Assembly: GCA_051294375.1 (NCBI GenBank) | Contig: CM119266.1 | Coordinates: 5,188,564 to 5,252,563, forward strand | Length of the DNA stretch: 64,000 bases | Reading direction: 5' to 3' | Source of the DNA: Paraspadella gotoi | Taxonomy: Eukaryota; Animalia; Chaetognatha | Part shown: positions 39,481-50,910 of the stretch, piece after piece | How the letters are laid out: each line of letters starts with the position of its first letter | Position numbering within the stretch: position 1 is the first letter of the stretch | Translations under genes and position numbers: made by a program | The notes under the pieces: generated by a model | What the model was told of the DNA's origin: nothing | The model's input: only the letters and a program-made list of their open reading frames with translations | Databases searched by the model: none

Positions 39481-40170
39481 GATGCAAGTTGAAAAAATGA
39501 TGCAACTTTAAAAAATTATGCAAATTAAAACAATTATGCAAATGAAAAAATTATGCAAATTGGAAAAATTATGCTATTTGAAAAATGCTGCAAGTTGAAA
39601 AATGACGCAAGTTGAAAAAATGATGCAAGTTTAAAAAATGATTCAAGTTGAAAAAATGATGCAAGTTAAAAAAATGATGCAAGTTAAAAAAATAATGCAA
39701 GTTGAAAAAATGATGCTAGTTGAAAAAATGATGCCAGTTGAAAAAATGATGCGAGTTGAAAAAATGGTGCGAGTTGAAAAAATGGTGCAAGTGGAAAAAA
39801 TGGTGCAAGTTGAAAAAATGGTGCCAGTTGAAAAATTGGTGCCAGTTGAAAAATGGGTGCAGTTGAAAAATGATGCAAGTTGAAAAAATGATGCTAGTTT
39901 GAAAAAATGATGCCAGTTAAAAAGAATGATGCGAGTTGAAAAAATGGTGCGAGTTGAAAAAATGGTGCGAGTTGAAAAAATGGTGTAAGTTGAAAAAATA
40001 GTGCCAGTTGAAAAAAAGGTGCCAGTTGAAAAAATGGTGCCAGTTGAAAAAATGTGCGAATTGAAAAAATGATGCAAGTTTAAGAAATGATGCAAGTGAA
40101 AAAATGATGCAAGTGGAAAAATGGTGCAAGTTAAAAAAAAGTGCAAGTTGAAAAAATAATGCCTGTTGAA
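39481..40170 (+). repeat. 18-bp tandem array TGATGCAAGTTGAAAAAA inside a HINE-like element ending near 40362
   Basis: More than 30 degenerate copies; followed by the terminus TTTGCTCAAACTTGTTT at 40347-40363. Confidence 0.88.
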
Positions 40171-40513
40171 GAAATGATAAAAGTTTAAAAAATAATAATA
40201 ATTTAAAATATTATTTGTTTGTACCATAGTAACAGTATGCAAGCGATTTACATGTATATGCGTACATTGTGTCGCCATTGATTTGGTATGGTACGATCTG
40301 TTATGATCACAAATTGAGAGAATTATAGTCATTTATCATCTGATTATTTGCTCAAACTTGTTTTTATTTAATTCTATTGAGTAATTTTAATTAAGTAAAG
40401 GTTAGATTAAAATGAGAACAGTTCTTTCTTTATTATCTTTGTAATTTATATTTTATTGATATATTGTAGTCGGGCGTAGCAAAGTTCACCCCGCCTTTAA
40501 GCATGACACCTTC

Positions 40514-40682
40514 AGTCGTAACCCGATGGCTCATTGAGTAAAGCCATCAGCTCATGACCACTAGGTACCGGGTTCAATCCCAACCTTGTACCTACCCTAC
40601 GGAAAGTGTGAGGACGGCCGTAAGAATCCTTGGGGGAGTGGAAAACACTCAAGCCTGGTTCCAATCCCAGGGCCCGTTTTGT
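40514..40682 (+). mobile_element. tRNA-derived SINE, family 2
   Basis: A-box-like TGGCTCATTGAG, anticodon-like loop CTCATGA and B-box GGTTCAATCCC. The body (CCTTGGGGGAGTGGAAAACACTCAAGCCTGGTTCCAATCCCAGGGCCCGTT) recurs inverted at 50487-50558 and 54497-54566. Confidence 0.65.
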
Positions 40683-40685
40683 CCT

Positions 40686-42170
40686 TTTGTCCCAAAATCT
40701 TGGAGGCAAAATGTGTTCGACGCGGCCATCCCGCAGTCGCAAGGACGCGAGAAACCATACCGGAAAACTTCGTCTGGCCCTCAATGCGGACTGACGTCAC
40801 CAAGTGGGCGCGGACGTGCATTCCCTGCCAACGCGCCAAGGTGACGCGCCACGTCATCCCAGAGATCGGTGAATTTACGGTCCCGCCAAGACGTTTTCAA
40901 CACGTCCACGTAGATATCGTCCACATGCCTGCTTCAAATGGTTTCCCGTATCTCTTGACCACGGTGGACCGCTTTTTGAGATGGCCGACAGCCATCCCGA
41001 TCGAGGATATTTCTGCAGCAACAGTCGCAGACGCCTTCACTCAGGGATGGATCGCGACATACGGGATCCCCGCTGAGATCACAACCGACAGAGGGTCCCA
41101 ATTTTCCTCAACCATCTGGAAACAGTTGGGAAAGATTTGGGGTTGCCAACTTCACCTAACTTCAGCGTATCACCTGGAAGCCAATGGCTTAGTAGAGAGG
41201 TTCCATCGCCGCCTTAAAGAATCGCTAATCACGCTCGGCGCCGATGACCCCATCAATTGGTATTGGAGGCTCCCCACTACACTACTCGCGATACGGACGA
41301 CCGTCAAACCCGACATTGGGGCATCACCGGCCCAAATGGTATACGGCGACGGCCTCACAATCCCCGGCGCCGTCCTCGGCCCTTGCGTCAACGCCGAGGA
41401 TGAGAGGGAAGCCCAATGCCGCCTCCACGACGAGCTGCGACTCGAGGTGGAGCGACTACAACCGATCCCTACAAGTAGCCATCGCCAACCGCGAGTCCAC
41501 CTGCCTGACAATCTCGCTACGACGTCGTATGTATTCATCCGCAGAGGAGGCGTCAATCCTCCATTCACGGCGCCGTACGAGGGCCCCTTTAAGGTTGTAG
41601 CAAGAGACAACCTGAACTTCAAGGTGAAAATACCTGGAAGGGGTCAAGAAACCTTCTCCATAGCCCGCAAACGTTTGGAACGAGGCTACAGGAGACGACA
41701 CTCCTCCTGCTCGTGACGCGACACTCCCTCGGCCACGCCCAGGTCGACGCCCACGCGCGCCGACCGCCTTGGTCGACGATCTAAACTCGCGCAAAATCTC
41801 GACCTCAAACATCAAGAACCGAGGAAGAAAACAATCTCGATGACGACGACGCCTCCATCCGGTCAGGCGACGCGCCATCCTCCCCACCACTCCCAGCTCA
41901 ACGCCCAAGCCCGCGCCACCCACCACCGTCTTCGATCCAAACTCGCTCGAAAACCCGCCTCCAAGCATTAAGGGATGAGGAGGAGAGCAACCTCGACGAC
42001 GACGCCACCCCGCGGCCAAGCGTCAACGCCACAAGATGCCCTGACTACAATGCTGTACAAAAATATCTCCTCAAGCAAAACTCTGACTTGGAGCCCAATC
42101 GTGAAAGTAATATTTACTTACATTCCTCTTCACCTTCCGTATCATCGTCTGGGGGGGGATGTAGACTGGA
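40686..42170 (+). mobile_element. Ty3/Gypsy LTR retrotransposon 3' fragment: integrase, PPT and start of 3' LTR
   Basis: ORF 40586-41716 has Zn-finger GHP...WPSMRTDV..W.RTC..CQRAK, catalytic D-D-E (HVDIV, TTDRGSQF, ANGLVERFHR) and GPY/F motif PYEGPFKV. Upstream VPKSWRQNVFD is in another frame (deletion). G8 polypurine tract at 42151-42158 followed by TGTAGA at 42160. No RT or gag present. Confidence 0.92.
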
Positions 42171-42616
42171 TCACCTGACCTTTTCATCGTTCTCTAATTA
42201 ACCTAAATAATTAACTTTACAATTTATCAATAACAAAGAAAAGATTCATTGCCAGGATTCAATCCCATAAATTTCTCACCAATGTCAAGGCATTTTCTGA
42301 CAGTGCCACCTATGCACTTTACATATAGATATTCCAATTTAGTAAATATATTTAGTAGTGTGTTAATTCAACTATTATAAACAAATGAACATGGCAACCA
42401 TAAGCCTATAGGTTGCACAAGTTATTCTAATTTACTTTCTCATTGTTAATTGATTTTTGTAGCTCCTTCATAAAGGATTGGACTGTCAACTGGATTCCAT
42501 TAAGTTTATTAATGTATATTAATGTTTCATTTTACTATTGTTTTGGCATATAGATATTATTTTATGCTGCTGCAAAGCAACTTAATATCTATATGCTTTG
42601 ATTATTTTATTAAGGC

Positions 42617-42850
42617 CCTTATGGTGGACTAATATCCACCAACCGTTCATCAGCGGCCGCGCGCCATGGTGCTCGAGGCAAGTCATTCGCCTCCCAACCC
42701 AAAGGTCCGGGGTTCTCGCCCGGTGGTCGCTATCAGTTAAGAGGGACGGGGGCGCTTAAACCCGCCTGTTACAACCTGATCGAAAGCCAGCGACTGCTTA
42801 CATTAAACGGTTATGTCACTAACACATAACAATAATTACTGTCTCTTCAC
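42617..42850 (+). mobile_element. tRNA-derived SINE, family 1, copy b
   Basis: A-box-like TGGTGCTCGAGG, loop CTCCCAA, B-box-like GGTTCTCGCCC; homologous to 15233-15456 (inverted); tail repeated at 48559-48595. Confidence 0.7.
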
Positions 42851-43383
42851 CCTTTTATTAAATAACCAAGCAAAAAAGTTGGTTAAGCAACTTTTACCAA
42901 GCAATACGAACTTTACTAAGAATAAAAAAGCGTGGCAACGATTTTCCATCACACTATAATTGTTGTTTCTTTATTGATTATAATGTATCTATTTTTTACT
43001 TTGATCTCATTTGTATTTTTATCAGAATGTCGCCCATTTTCTTGCCAATGCGAGGACGTGTAAATCACTCATCATGAGGCCCAATATGTAATCGAAAATA
43101 TCTTAAAAAAGAATCTGATAACCTTGGATCAGGTTATTCAAGATTACCTTTTTTAAATGAGGTAAGATAACAATAAGAAGGATTACTGCCACGTGGGATG
43201 CCCTGTTAATGATGATCTTATAAGTACTATGTTTTCCTTTCTTCCTCGTCTATTGGCTAAGTAGGTTAAATTACACTGATGAGAAACTCAATAACGGTAA
43301 TTCAAAATCATTTTACTTACCCCCTGAAATTTTTTCTCCCAATTTTCCCAATTTTTTTTTTTTAATTTTAGTCGGATCTGCTT
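42833..43383 (+). repeat. ~550-bp segment duplicated at 48559-49141
   Basis: Near-identical direct copy differing mostly by small indels; both copies end in the same HINE terminus TTTTAGTCGGATCTGCTT. Confidence 0.9.
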
Positions 43384-44478
43384 TCACAATTCGATTAACA
43401 CTTGCGTGGGTGGAATCGTCCGTAGTGGAAATGAGTTTTTAAAAAAAATTGAAAAAAATAAAAAAATTATTTCACTATTTTTAACACCATATTACTCAGA
43501 GTGGATGGGGCGATTGACTTGAAATTTTGTATTTTTGGTAGAAAGGTTATTGAAGCTGGAAATCAAGGTTCGATGGAATCGTTTGAGTGGAAATAGTTTT
43601 AAATGGAAAAAAACAAAAAAACCTGTTTCACTAATTGATTATGCTTCTTTTTCCTTTATATTAAATGTAAATGAGGATGTATTAATAAATAAATAATTAA
43701 TCAGTTAATTAATCAATTAGTCAATTAATTAATCAATAATTAATTAATAGTCAATCATCCGTCCTTCGTCCCATCTTAGCAAAAAGCTCCATAAACTCGT
43801 GATTGGCTGGTTGGATTGGAATGAAATTTGTGTGTGGGTAGGACAGTGTGAGATGAAAGCTGGATATAAAGTTTCGATGGGAACTCGTGATGAGGGAAAA
43901 GAGTTTAAAGGGAAAAACATAAGTGCGAATTCTACAAATATTTTTACTTATTTTAACGCAATAACAGTACTCATTTAATCATAATTGAAGATGATATGTT
44001 GAGTTGAATTTTTTGTGTGGGAGAAAAGTGTTGAAGATGGCTTGATATAAAGTTTCGGTGGAAACGTAACGAGTGGAAATGAGTTTAAATGAAAAAAATA
44101 TAGGTCACATTTACTTGCAAATTTTAATACAAATAAAAATAAAATCGTTAACAAATTAAAAAATTGGAAAAATTTCCAAATTGTTAAACCATGTGTAACA
44201 TTTTTTGCTTTTTTTTATTTATTTTTAGTCGATCTGCATTTATCAGGCAAGATCCCTACTCTATAATTCACTTGTCGGGTCCGTCGAGGTCCGCCCCCTC
44301 AATATTTGTCGGGCACACACTTATATCATGTCAGAACACGAATTATATAAATTATTGCAAAAAAAAAAAACGAATGTCCGTCCGTCGTCCGTCCGTCCGT
44401 CCCACCTTAGCAAAAAAATTCCAATTACCGTGATGGATGATGGTTTGGTCATGAATTTTGTGTGAGGTAGAAACTGGT

Positions 44479-46764
44479 GTTTGATAAAGTAGCGAATATA
44501 ATGAAAAAGCTCAGCTAACACGGGGATGAAACAATCACCTTCAGGAAAAAAAAAAAAAAAAAAAGCTCCTCTCCCACCCTAACTCCTAAACCAAACCTCC
44601 CGTTCAACTCTCGTGCCTCTTCCCCTAACCCTAACCCGGCCTGGGCCTCCCGTACATCTCCGTGCCTCAACCCTAACCTAACCAGCCTTTTGATGCATCA
44701 AACCACGGGCCCCTCCCCAACCCTAACCCTAAACCAAGCCTTCCGTTCAACTCTGTGCGTACTTCCCTAACCCTAACCCAGGACGGGGCCATCCCGATAC
44801 ATCTCCGTCGCCTCAACCCTAACCGCTAACCGCCTTTGATGCATCAACCACGGGCCCCTCCCCCAACCCTAACCCTAAACTAAAGCCTCCCGTTCACCAT
44901 GCCTCTCCCTAACCAGGCCCAGCCTCCCGTACACTCCGTGCCTCAACCCTAACCCTAACTGCCTTCGATGCTCAAACCATGGGTCCCTCCTGCACACCCC
45001 TAACCCAAAGGCTCCTGTTCAAACTCCATGCCTCTCCCCTAACCCTAAACCAGGCCGCGCCTCCCGTACATCTCCGTACCTCAACCCTACCCTAATTCCT
45101 TCCGATATATAACCACGGGCCTCTCCCAACCCTAACCCTAAACCGCGGCCAGCGCCTCCCGTACAAATTCTCCGTACCTCAAACCCTAACCCTTAATTGC
45201 CTTCGATATATAAACCCACGGGCCTTCTCTCCACAACCCTAACCCTAAACCGGGCCCAGGGCTCCCGCTTACATCTCCGTGAACTAACCCTAATCCCTAA
45301 TGTCCCTCGCCAGTACCTTCCCTGAGCCTAACCCTAACGCGGCCTCTTGGTATCAAACAACAACCCTCCCTACCCTATCCCTAAAATTGGAACATTAATA
45401 ATAATTAAAAATAAACTTAACTTAACTAACCCTAACCTAAACTACTTCAACCCTCAACCCTAAACTTACTCAACCCTAACCCTTAAACTACTACCAACTC
45501 AACCCTAACCCTAAACCAACTCAACCCTAACCCTAACCCTAATCTGAGTTTAGTTTAGGCCAAAATCGCCATAACTAGAACGCTAGATGTAGCTTCAATG
45601 CAAAATCGCCAAATCGCGACTTAGCCATGACGACCTCGCCACTTTTGGCGATTTAAAAGCTGTGAACTAACATTCTAGCATTCTTAGAGTTATGTCGATT
45701 TCGCCTAAACTAAACTCAGATTAGGGTTAGGGTTAAGGGTTGAGTTGCGTAGTAGTTAGGCAGTTCAGGTTGAGTAGTTTAGGTTTAGGGTTGAGTAGTT
45801 TAGGGTAGGGCTGGAGTTAAGTTAAGTTTATTTAGGCTTATTATAGATGTCAATGTTAGGGATTAGGGGTAGGGAGGGTGTTGTTGAGACCAAGAGGCCC
45901 GCGGTTAGGGTTAGGCTTAGGAAGGTACTGGCGCAGGACATTAGGATTAGGGTTGAGGCACGGAATGTACGGGAGGCCTGGGCACCGGTTTAGGGTTAGG
46001 GTTGGGAGAGAGGCCCGTGGGGTTATTATCGAAGGCAATTAGGTTAGCGTTGAGGTACGGAAGATGTACGGAGGCCTGGGCCCGGATTTTAGGTTAGGGT
46101 TTGGGAGAGAGCCCAGTGGGTTATAATATCGAAGGCAATTAGGGTTAGGGTTGAGGTACGGAGATGTGGGGGGACGGGAGGCCCGGGCCTGGTTTAGGGT
46201 TAGGCGAGAGAGGCATGGATGGAGTTGAACAGGAGGCTTGGTTTAGGGTAGGGTTGCGGGAGGGACCCAATTCGGTTGTATGCATCGAAAGGCGGTTAGG
46301 GTAGGCGGTTGAGGCACGGAGATGTACGGGAGGTGGGCCTGGGTTCAGGGGAGAAGGCATGGAGTTGAACGGAGGCTTAGGTTTAGGGGTTTAGGGTTGG
46401 GGAGGGGCCCGTGGGATGCATCGAGCGAGTTAGGGGTTAGGGTTGAGGCACGGAGATGTACGGGAGGGCCCGGCCCTGTTTAACAGGTTAGGTTAGGGAG
46501 CAGGCACAGAGTTGAACGGAAGGCTTTGGTTTAGGTTAGGGTTGGGGAGGGCCCAGTGGTTGATGCATCAAAGTCGGTTAGGTTTAGGGTTGAAGGCATG
46601 GAGATGTACTGGGAGGCCAGGCCCTGTCGTTAGGCGTTAGGGGAGAGGCACAGAGGTGAACGGGGGTTTGGTTTAGGCGTAGGGTGCGGAGAGCGAGCAC
46701 TGAAGGTGATTTTCATCCCCGTGTAGCTGCCGCTTTTCATTATATCGGCTACTTTTATCAAAAC
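44479..46764. repeat. 2.3-kb palindrome (foldback element) with arms rich in CCCTAA (left) and TTAGGG (right)
   Basis: Outer ends TTGATAAAGTAGC.GAATATAATGAAAA...CACGGGGATGAAA.AATCACCTTCAG and its reverse complement at 46700-46764; inner ends AATCTGAGTTTAGTTTAGGC / GCCTAAACTAAACTCAGATT; axis near 45630. Confidence 0.88.
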
Positions 46765-46859
46765 TGCGAGTCGCCAGTGGGGGACTGGCGACATCGCCAA
46801 AGGCCCTGGCGATATCGCCATGGCAAGTCGCCAACCAAACTAGAACTAAGCTCATCTCT

Positions 46860-48019
46860 CGCGTTATTCTACTTGCTTATCATTCAAATTTTAAAAGTGT
46901 CACACTCAACTTCTCCCAAAGTCTTACAAACCACTTCACACTTGAGTCAAACATATGCCATCGTTCACGTGCTACAACACCACAAAGATCACAAATACCA
47001 TCACCTCTTCCTACATAGGCATAATCAATGTATGCTGTCCAGGAAATTTAAGTTAAACCTGCGCCAAATCAGCAAGATCTTAAACATTTAAGAAGGAATC
47101 AGAGCTCACATAATTGCTCCCCAAATGCCCTCCACTCATTAGCTTAAAACTAATTCAAAGTACTCTTCCAATTTCTCTTTCATAATGTCTTACACTCTTA
47201 AATTAAACTCTCAATTGAGGAATAAGTTTCCGCAAAAATGACATTTTTCACTCAACCTTCCCTATTGGCTCCTGTGTTACCTCTTAAAATGAAGTCAGGA
47301 TGATATCATTTGGAACAATATTTTCAACATGCTCGCCTCACTCTTACATATGGATATTCCAAAAATCCTTTTCCTCTGAGAGCGTGGAGTCTCATTCATT
47401 GGAATGCTATTTCAAAAATTTTACCAACAGTCTCAATCCTCGCTTCTACTATATTACTAAACGACTTTAAAACTATTCATCTGAATCAGTCACATTGCAT
47501 ATTATAATAAATGGTATTCTACTCAACAGCAAATTACCCCGTTCAAATTTGAAAGCAAGCATGCACCAAGCCCTTACAGCCTCAGCATAAAACCCGACCA
47601 ATACCAATTGCGTAATCCCGCTACTTTTTGCTCCCTCAGGCTATCCAATCCATAAAAGCACAATGCTTTCCATCCAATAAGCTTCATCTGCTAAAACTCT
47701 AGCAAAAGATTCCTTAGGCATGCTTAACAACCTTTTAATCTACATCTATTTTTCTTGCTGCTTTAAACCTTATCTCTGATATCCATTAATTGCGCTCCAC
47801 CTATTAATAATAAGCAATCCCTCAGCCTCATCCTTAGCAATCTCTTTTTCTACCAATAAAACATCCAATTTTCTAACCTCAGTTTCTAAAGCATAATATC
47901 ACCCCACGAGGCGGTCAACAATCTGTTCTATACCAATAAATCAGAATACATAAATATATAGTAACCTTGCCTTCCTAGGTTGACACATGGCGAGTTTTCC
48001 AGAGATCTCTTCTTTTCCG
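46860..48019 (-). mobile_element. Degenerate L1/Tx1-clade non-LTR retrotransposon, ORF2 C-terminal part
   Basis: Minus-strand fragments across frameshifts: GGAQLMDIRDKV...IKRLLSMPKESFARVLA, GFYAEAVRAW and GDGICDLCGVV...WHMFD..C....LW (zf-RVT-like CCHC). Confidence 0.6.
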
Positions 48020-49122
48020 NNNNNNNNNNNNNNNNNNNNNNNNNGGCATTTAAAAAAAAAGATTTAATTGAAAAATTTATTTGCATTAAAAAATGATTTT
48101 ATTTTTAAAAAATGATTAGATTTTGAAAAGGAAAAAAAATATATTCGTTTGAAAAAATGATTCGAATCGAGAAATTGGAAAAAACAAAATTTGCCAAAGA
48201 GAAAAATTAAAAAAAAAAAAAACGCGCAAAAGTTTGTTTCGTTTTCGTTGAGTTGTAGTTTTTCTTTTTCTTTTTGTTTTTTTTTGTTTTCTTTTTTTTG
48301 TTTCTTTTTTACATCGGCTCTCACACGTGTGGACGCAACAAGTTTCAGAATAAGAATGATTTATTCTTCAACAACGTTTAAACAATAACAGTCAAAATGC
48401 TCAGATGCTAAGTCTATTACAATGGTAATTACAAAGGTCAACGTTGACCATAAAGGTCAACGTTTTGACCATAAATAAGTTGGGGAATTGAGCGAGGTAA
48501 GTTTGGTAAGGTAATGTGCGTTTGACCGAGGTTGCGTGTTCTTGATGTTCTTCCACAATGTCACTAACACATAACAATAATTACTGTCTCTTCACCCTTT
48601 TATTAAATAACCAAGCAAAGTTGGTTAAGCAAACTTTTACCAAGCAATACGAACTTTACAAGAATAAAAAGCGTGGCAACGATTTTCCATCACACTATAA
48701 TTGTTGTTTCTTTATTGATTATAATGTATCTATTTTTTTACTTTGATCTCATTTGTATTTTTATCAGAATGTCGCCCATTTTCTTTGGCCAATGCGAGGG
48801 TACGTGTAAAATCATCATGGAGGCCCAAATATGTAATCGAAAATATCTTAAAAGAATCTGATAACCCTTGGATCAGTGGTTATTCAAGATTACCTTTTTT
48901 AAATGAGGTAAGATAACAAATAAGAAGGATTACTGCCACGTGGGATGCCCTGTTAGTGATGCATCTTATAAGTACGTATGTTTTCCGTTTCTTCCTCGTC
49001 TTATTGGCTAAGTAGGTTAAATTACACGTGATGAGAAACTCAATAACGGTTAATTCAAAATCATTTTTACTTACCCCCTGAAAATTTTTTTCTCCCAATT
49101 TTCCCAATTTTTTTTTTTTTAA

Positions 49123-49966
49123 TTTTTAGTCGGATCTGCTTATCAGCAGATCTCAACTCTATAATTCACTTTGTCGGTCCGTCGGTCCGCCCCCTAAATC
49201 TTGTCGGGCATTCACTTATATTATATCAGAACATCAAATTATGATATATTATGCAAAAAAAAACGAGGTCCGTCTGTCCATCCGTCCGTCCATCCGTCTG
49301 TCCGTCCCACCTTAGCAAGTGGAAATGAGTTTAAATGGAAAAAACCAAAAAAATTATTTCACTATTTGAACGCCAATTATTTATTCATTAGTGGATGGAC
49401 CAATTGACTTGAATTTTTTTATGTGTGTAGGAAAGTGTGTGATTAAGCTTAAAATCAAGTTTCGATGGAATCGTCTGGGTGAAAATGAGTTTAAATGGAA
49501 AAAGCAAAAAACCAGTTTCACTAATTAATAATGCTTCTTTTTCTTTTTAAATTAAATGTAAATGCAAGATTAATCAAATAATTAATAAGTTAATTAATCA
49601 ATTAGTCAATTAATAAATAATTAATTAATCGGTCAATTAATTATTAAATCAATCAATTTATTTATCTATTAATTAATTATTCAATCAATCAATTCATTTA
49701 TAAATTAATTAAATATTTAATCAATCAATCAATCAATCAATCAATCAAGTCAATTGGTATCGGCACTATTGTCGTCGTCGCCATCATCGTTGTCGTTGCT
49801 TTTGTCATGGTCAGTAACAAAAAGACCTAAAAACAAACATTTCGGATCAAATTAATTAATTTAATAATTAAATTATTATTTTAGATTATATAGTTTGTAT
49901 TAATTAATTAATTAATTACCGCTAATGATCGTGGGCAGATCCGACATTAATTGCACAAACTTGTTT
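49123..49966 (+). mobile_element. Short complete HINE-like element
   Basis: Starts TTTTTAGTCGGATCTGCTTATCAGCAGATC, has (GTCC)n and ~125-bp units, ends GCAGATCCGACATTAATTGCACAAACTTGTTT. Partial copies at ~29700-29898, 43366-44190, 44222-44478, 52923-53180, 53825-53925, 57958-58220 and 62540-63669. Confidence 0.7.
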
Positions 49967-50558
49967 AAATCAAAACTCTTTAAAATTATTTCTTTTTTAA
50001 TCATAACTCTTCAAAATCATTTCCTAAAATCATAACTCTTCAAAACTGCATCCAAAATATAATTTTTTTTTTCAGCGCATCTACCTGCTAATTCCGAATC
50101 CAAAGAAAGTTTGTAAGCTTTCATTCACGATTTCAAAGGATATGTCCTTCTATTATTACAGTCCGAAAAATATCTGGGTGACGGCCTATTATCCAAACAA
50201 AAGCGGAACATATTCTCTCATCGATACCAAGTACGGCTGGGGATAATTTCTTAACGGCATTGCAAATTTCAAATCGCCTCTTAAAATTTGAACTCATGAT
50301 TGGATATTTGGATTAAGTTGAAATTGTGGAATTGGGTAGGGAAGTATGCTATTGAGCTGGAAATCAAGTTCCGATGGAATCATAGTAGAAATGATTTTAT
50401 TAGAAAAAACAAAAATGATATTTAACTATGTGGTGCTAAGTGGGCTGAAGATGACTATCAGCAACTTTAACACCTCTAGCAGCCATGGAACGGGTCCTGG
50501 GCTTGGAACCAGGCTTGAAGGTTTTCCATGCCCCCAAGGAGGCTTTGGGCCATCCACA

Positions 50559-50872
50559 TAAGAGCGTAGTGAAAGTTACATACAGAAATTCTAAAAGTCA
50601 ATTATGAACAACATACCATTAGTGAATATTAATTTGTAAAAAAAATAATTTTATGTTTTTTAATTTTCGCAGTAGCCTATATTTATTTATAGTACTATCC
50701 TTAGTGGTAATAACCTTTCTTTTTCGTTGTTATATGTATTTGGGCAAAATGATTTTTGTTTCACAACGAATTTTTTTATTCATAGAAAACGTACATGTTT
50801 CGGCTTTGGATGCAAGCCTTCTTCCAGCGTCAATGATTTGTGAAAATTTGTACAGTTTTTGTGTTGAAAGAA

Positions 50873-50910
<38 letters not shown>

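Noticed and set aside
39638-40332. (MMQVEK)n and (STCTIF)n repeat proteins
   Set aside because: Translation of an 18-bp satellite found in both orientations elsewhere and broken by indels.
42655-42730. tRNA genes here, at 15350-15420 and at 40514-40590
   Set aside because: Cloverleaf stems do not pair fully and each head is followed by a repeated body, so these are SINE heads.
44570-46690. Telomere-telomere fusion site, or CRISPR-like repeat-spacer array
   Set aside because: Polarity is CCCTAA then TTAGGG, opposite to a fusion; spacers are themselves repeated, the context is eukaryotic and there are no cas genes.
50200-50290. FABP-like motif SGTYSLIDTKYGWDNFLTALQI
   Set aside because: Needs a frameshift; both duplicate copies read TGG GGA TAA, and the similarity is too short to trust.
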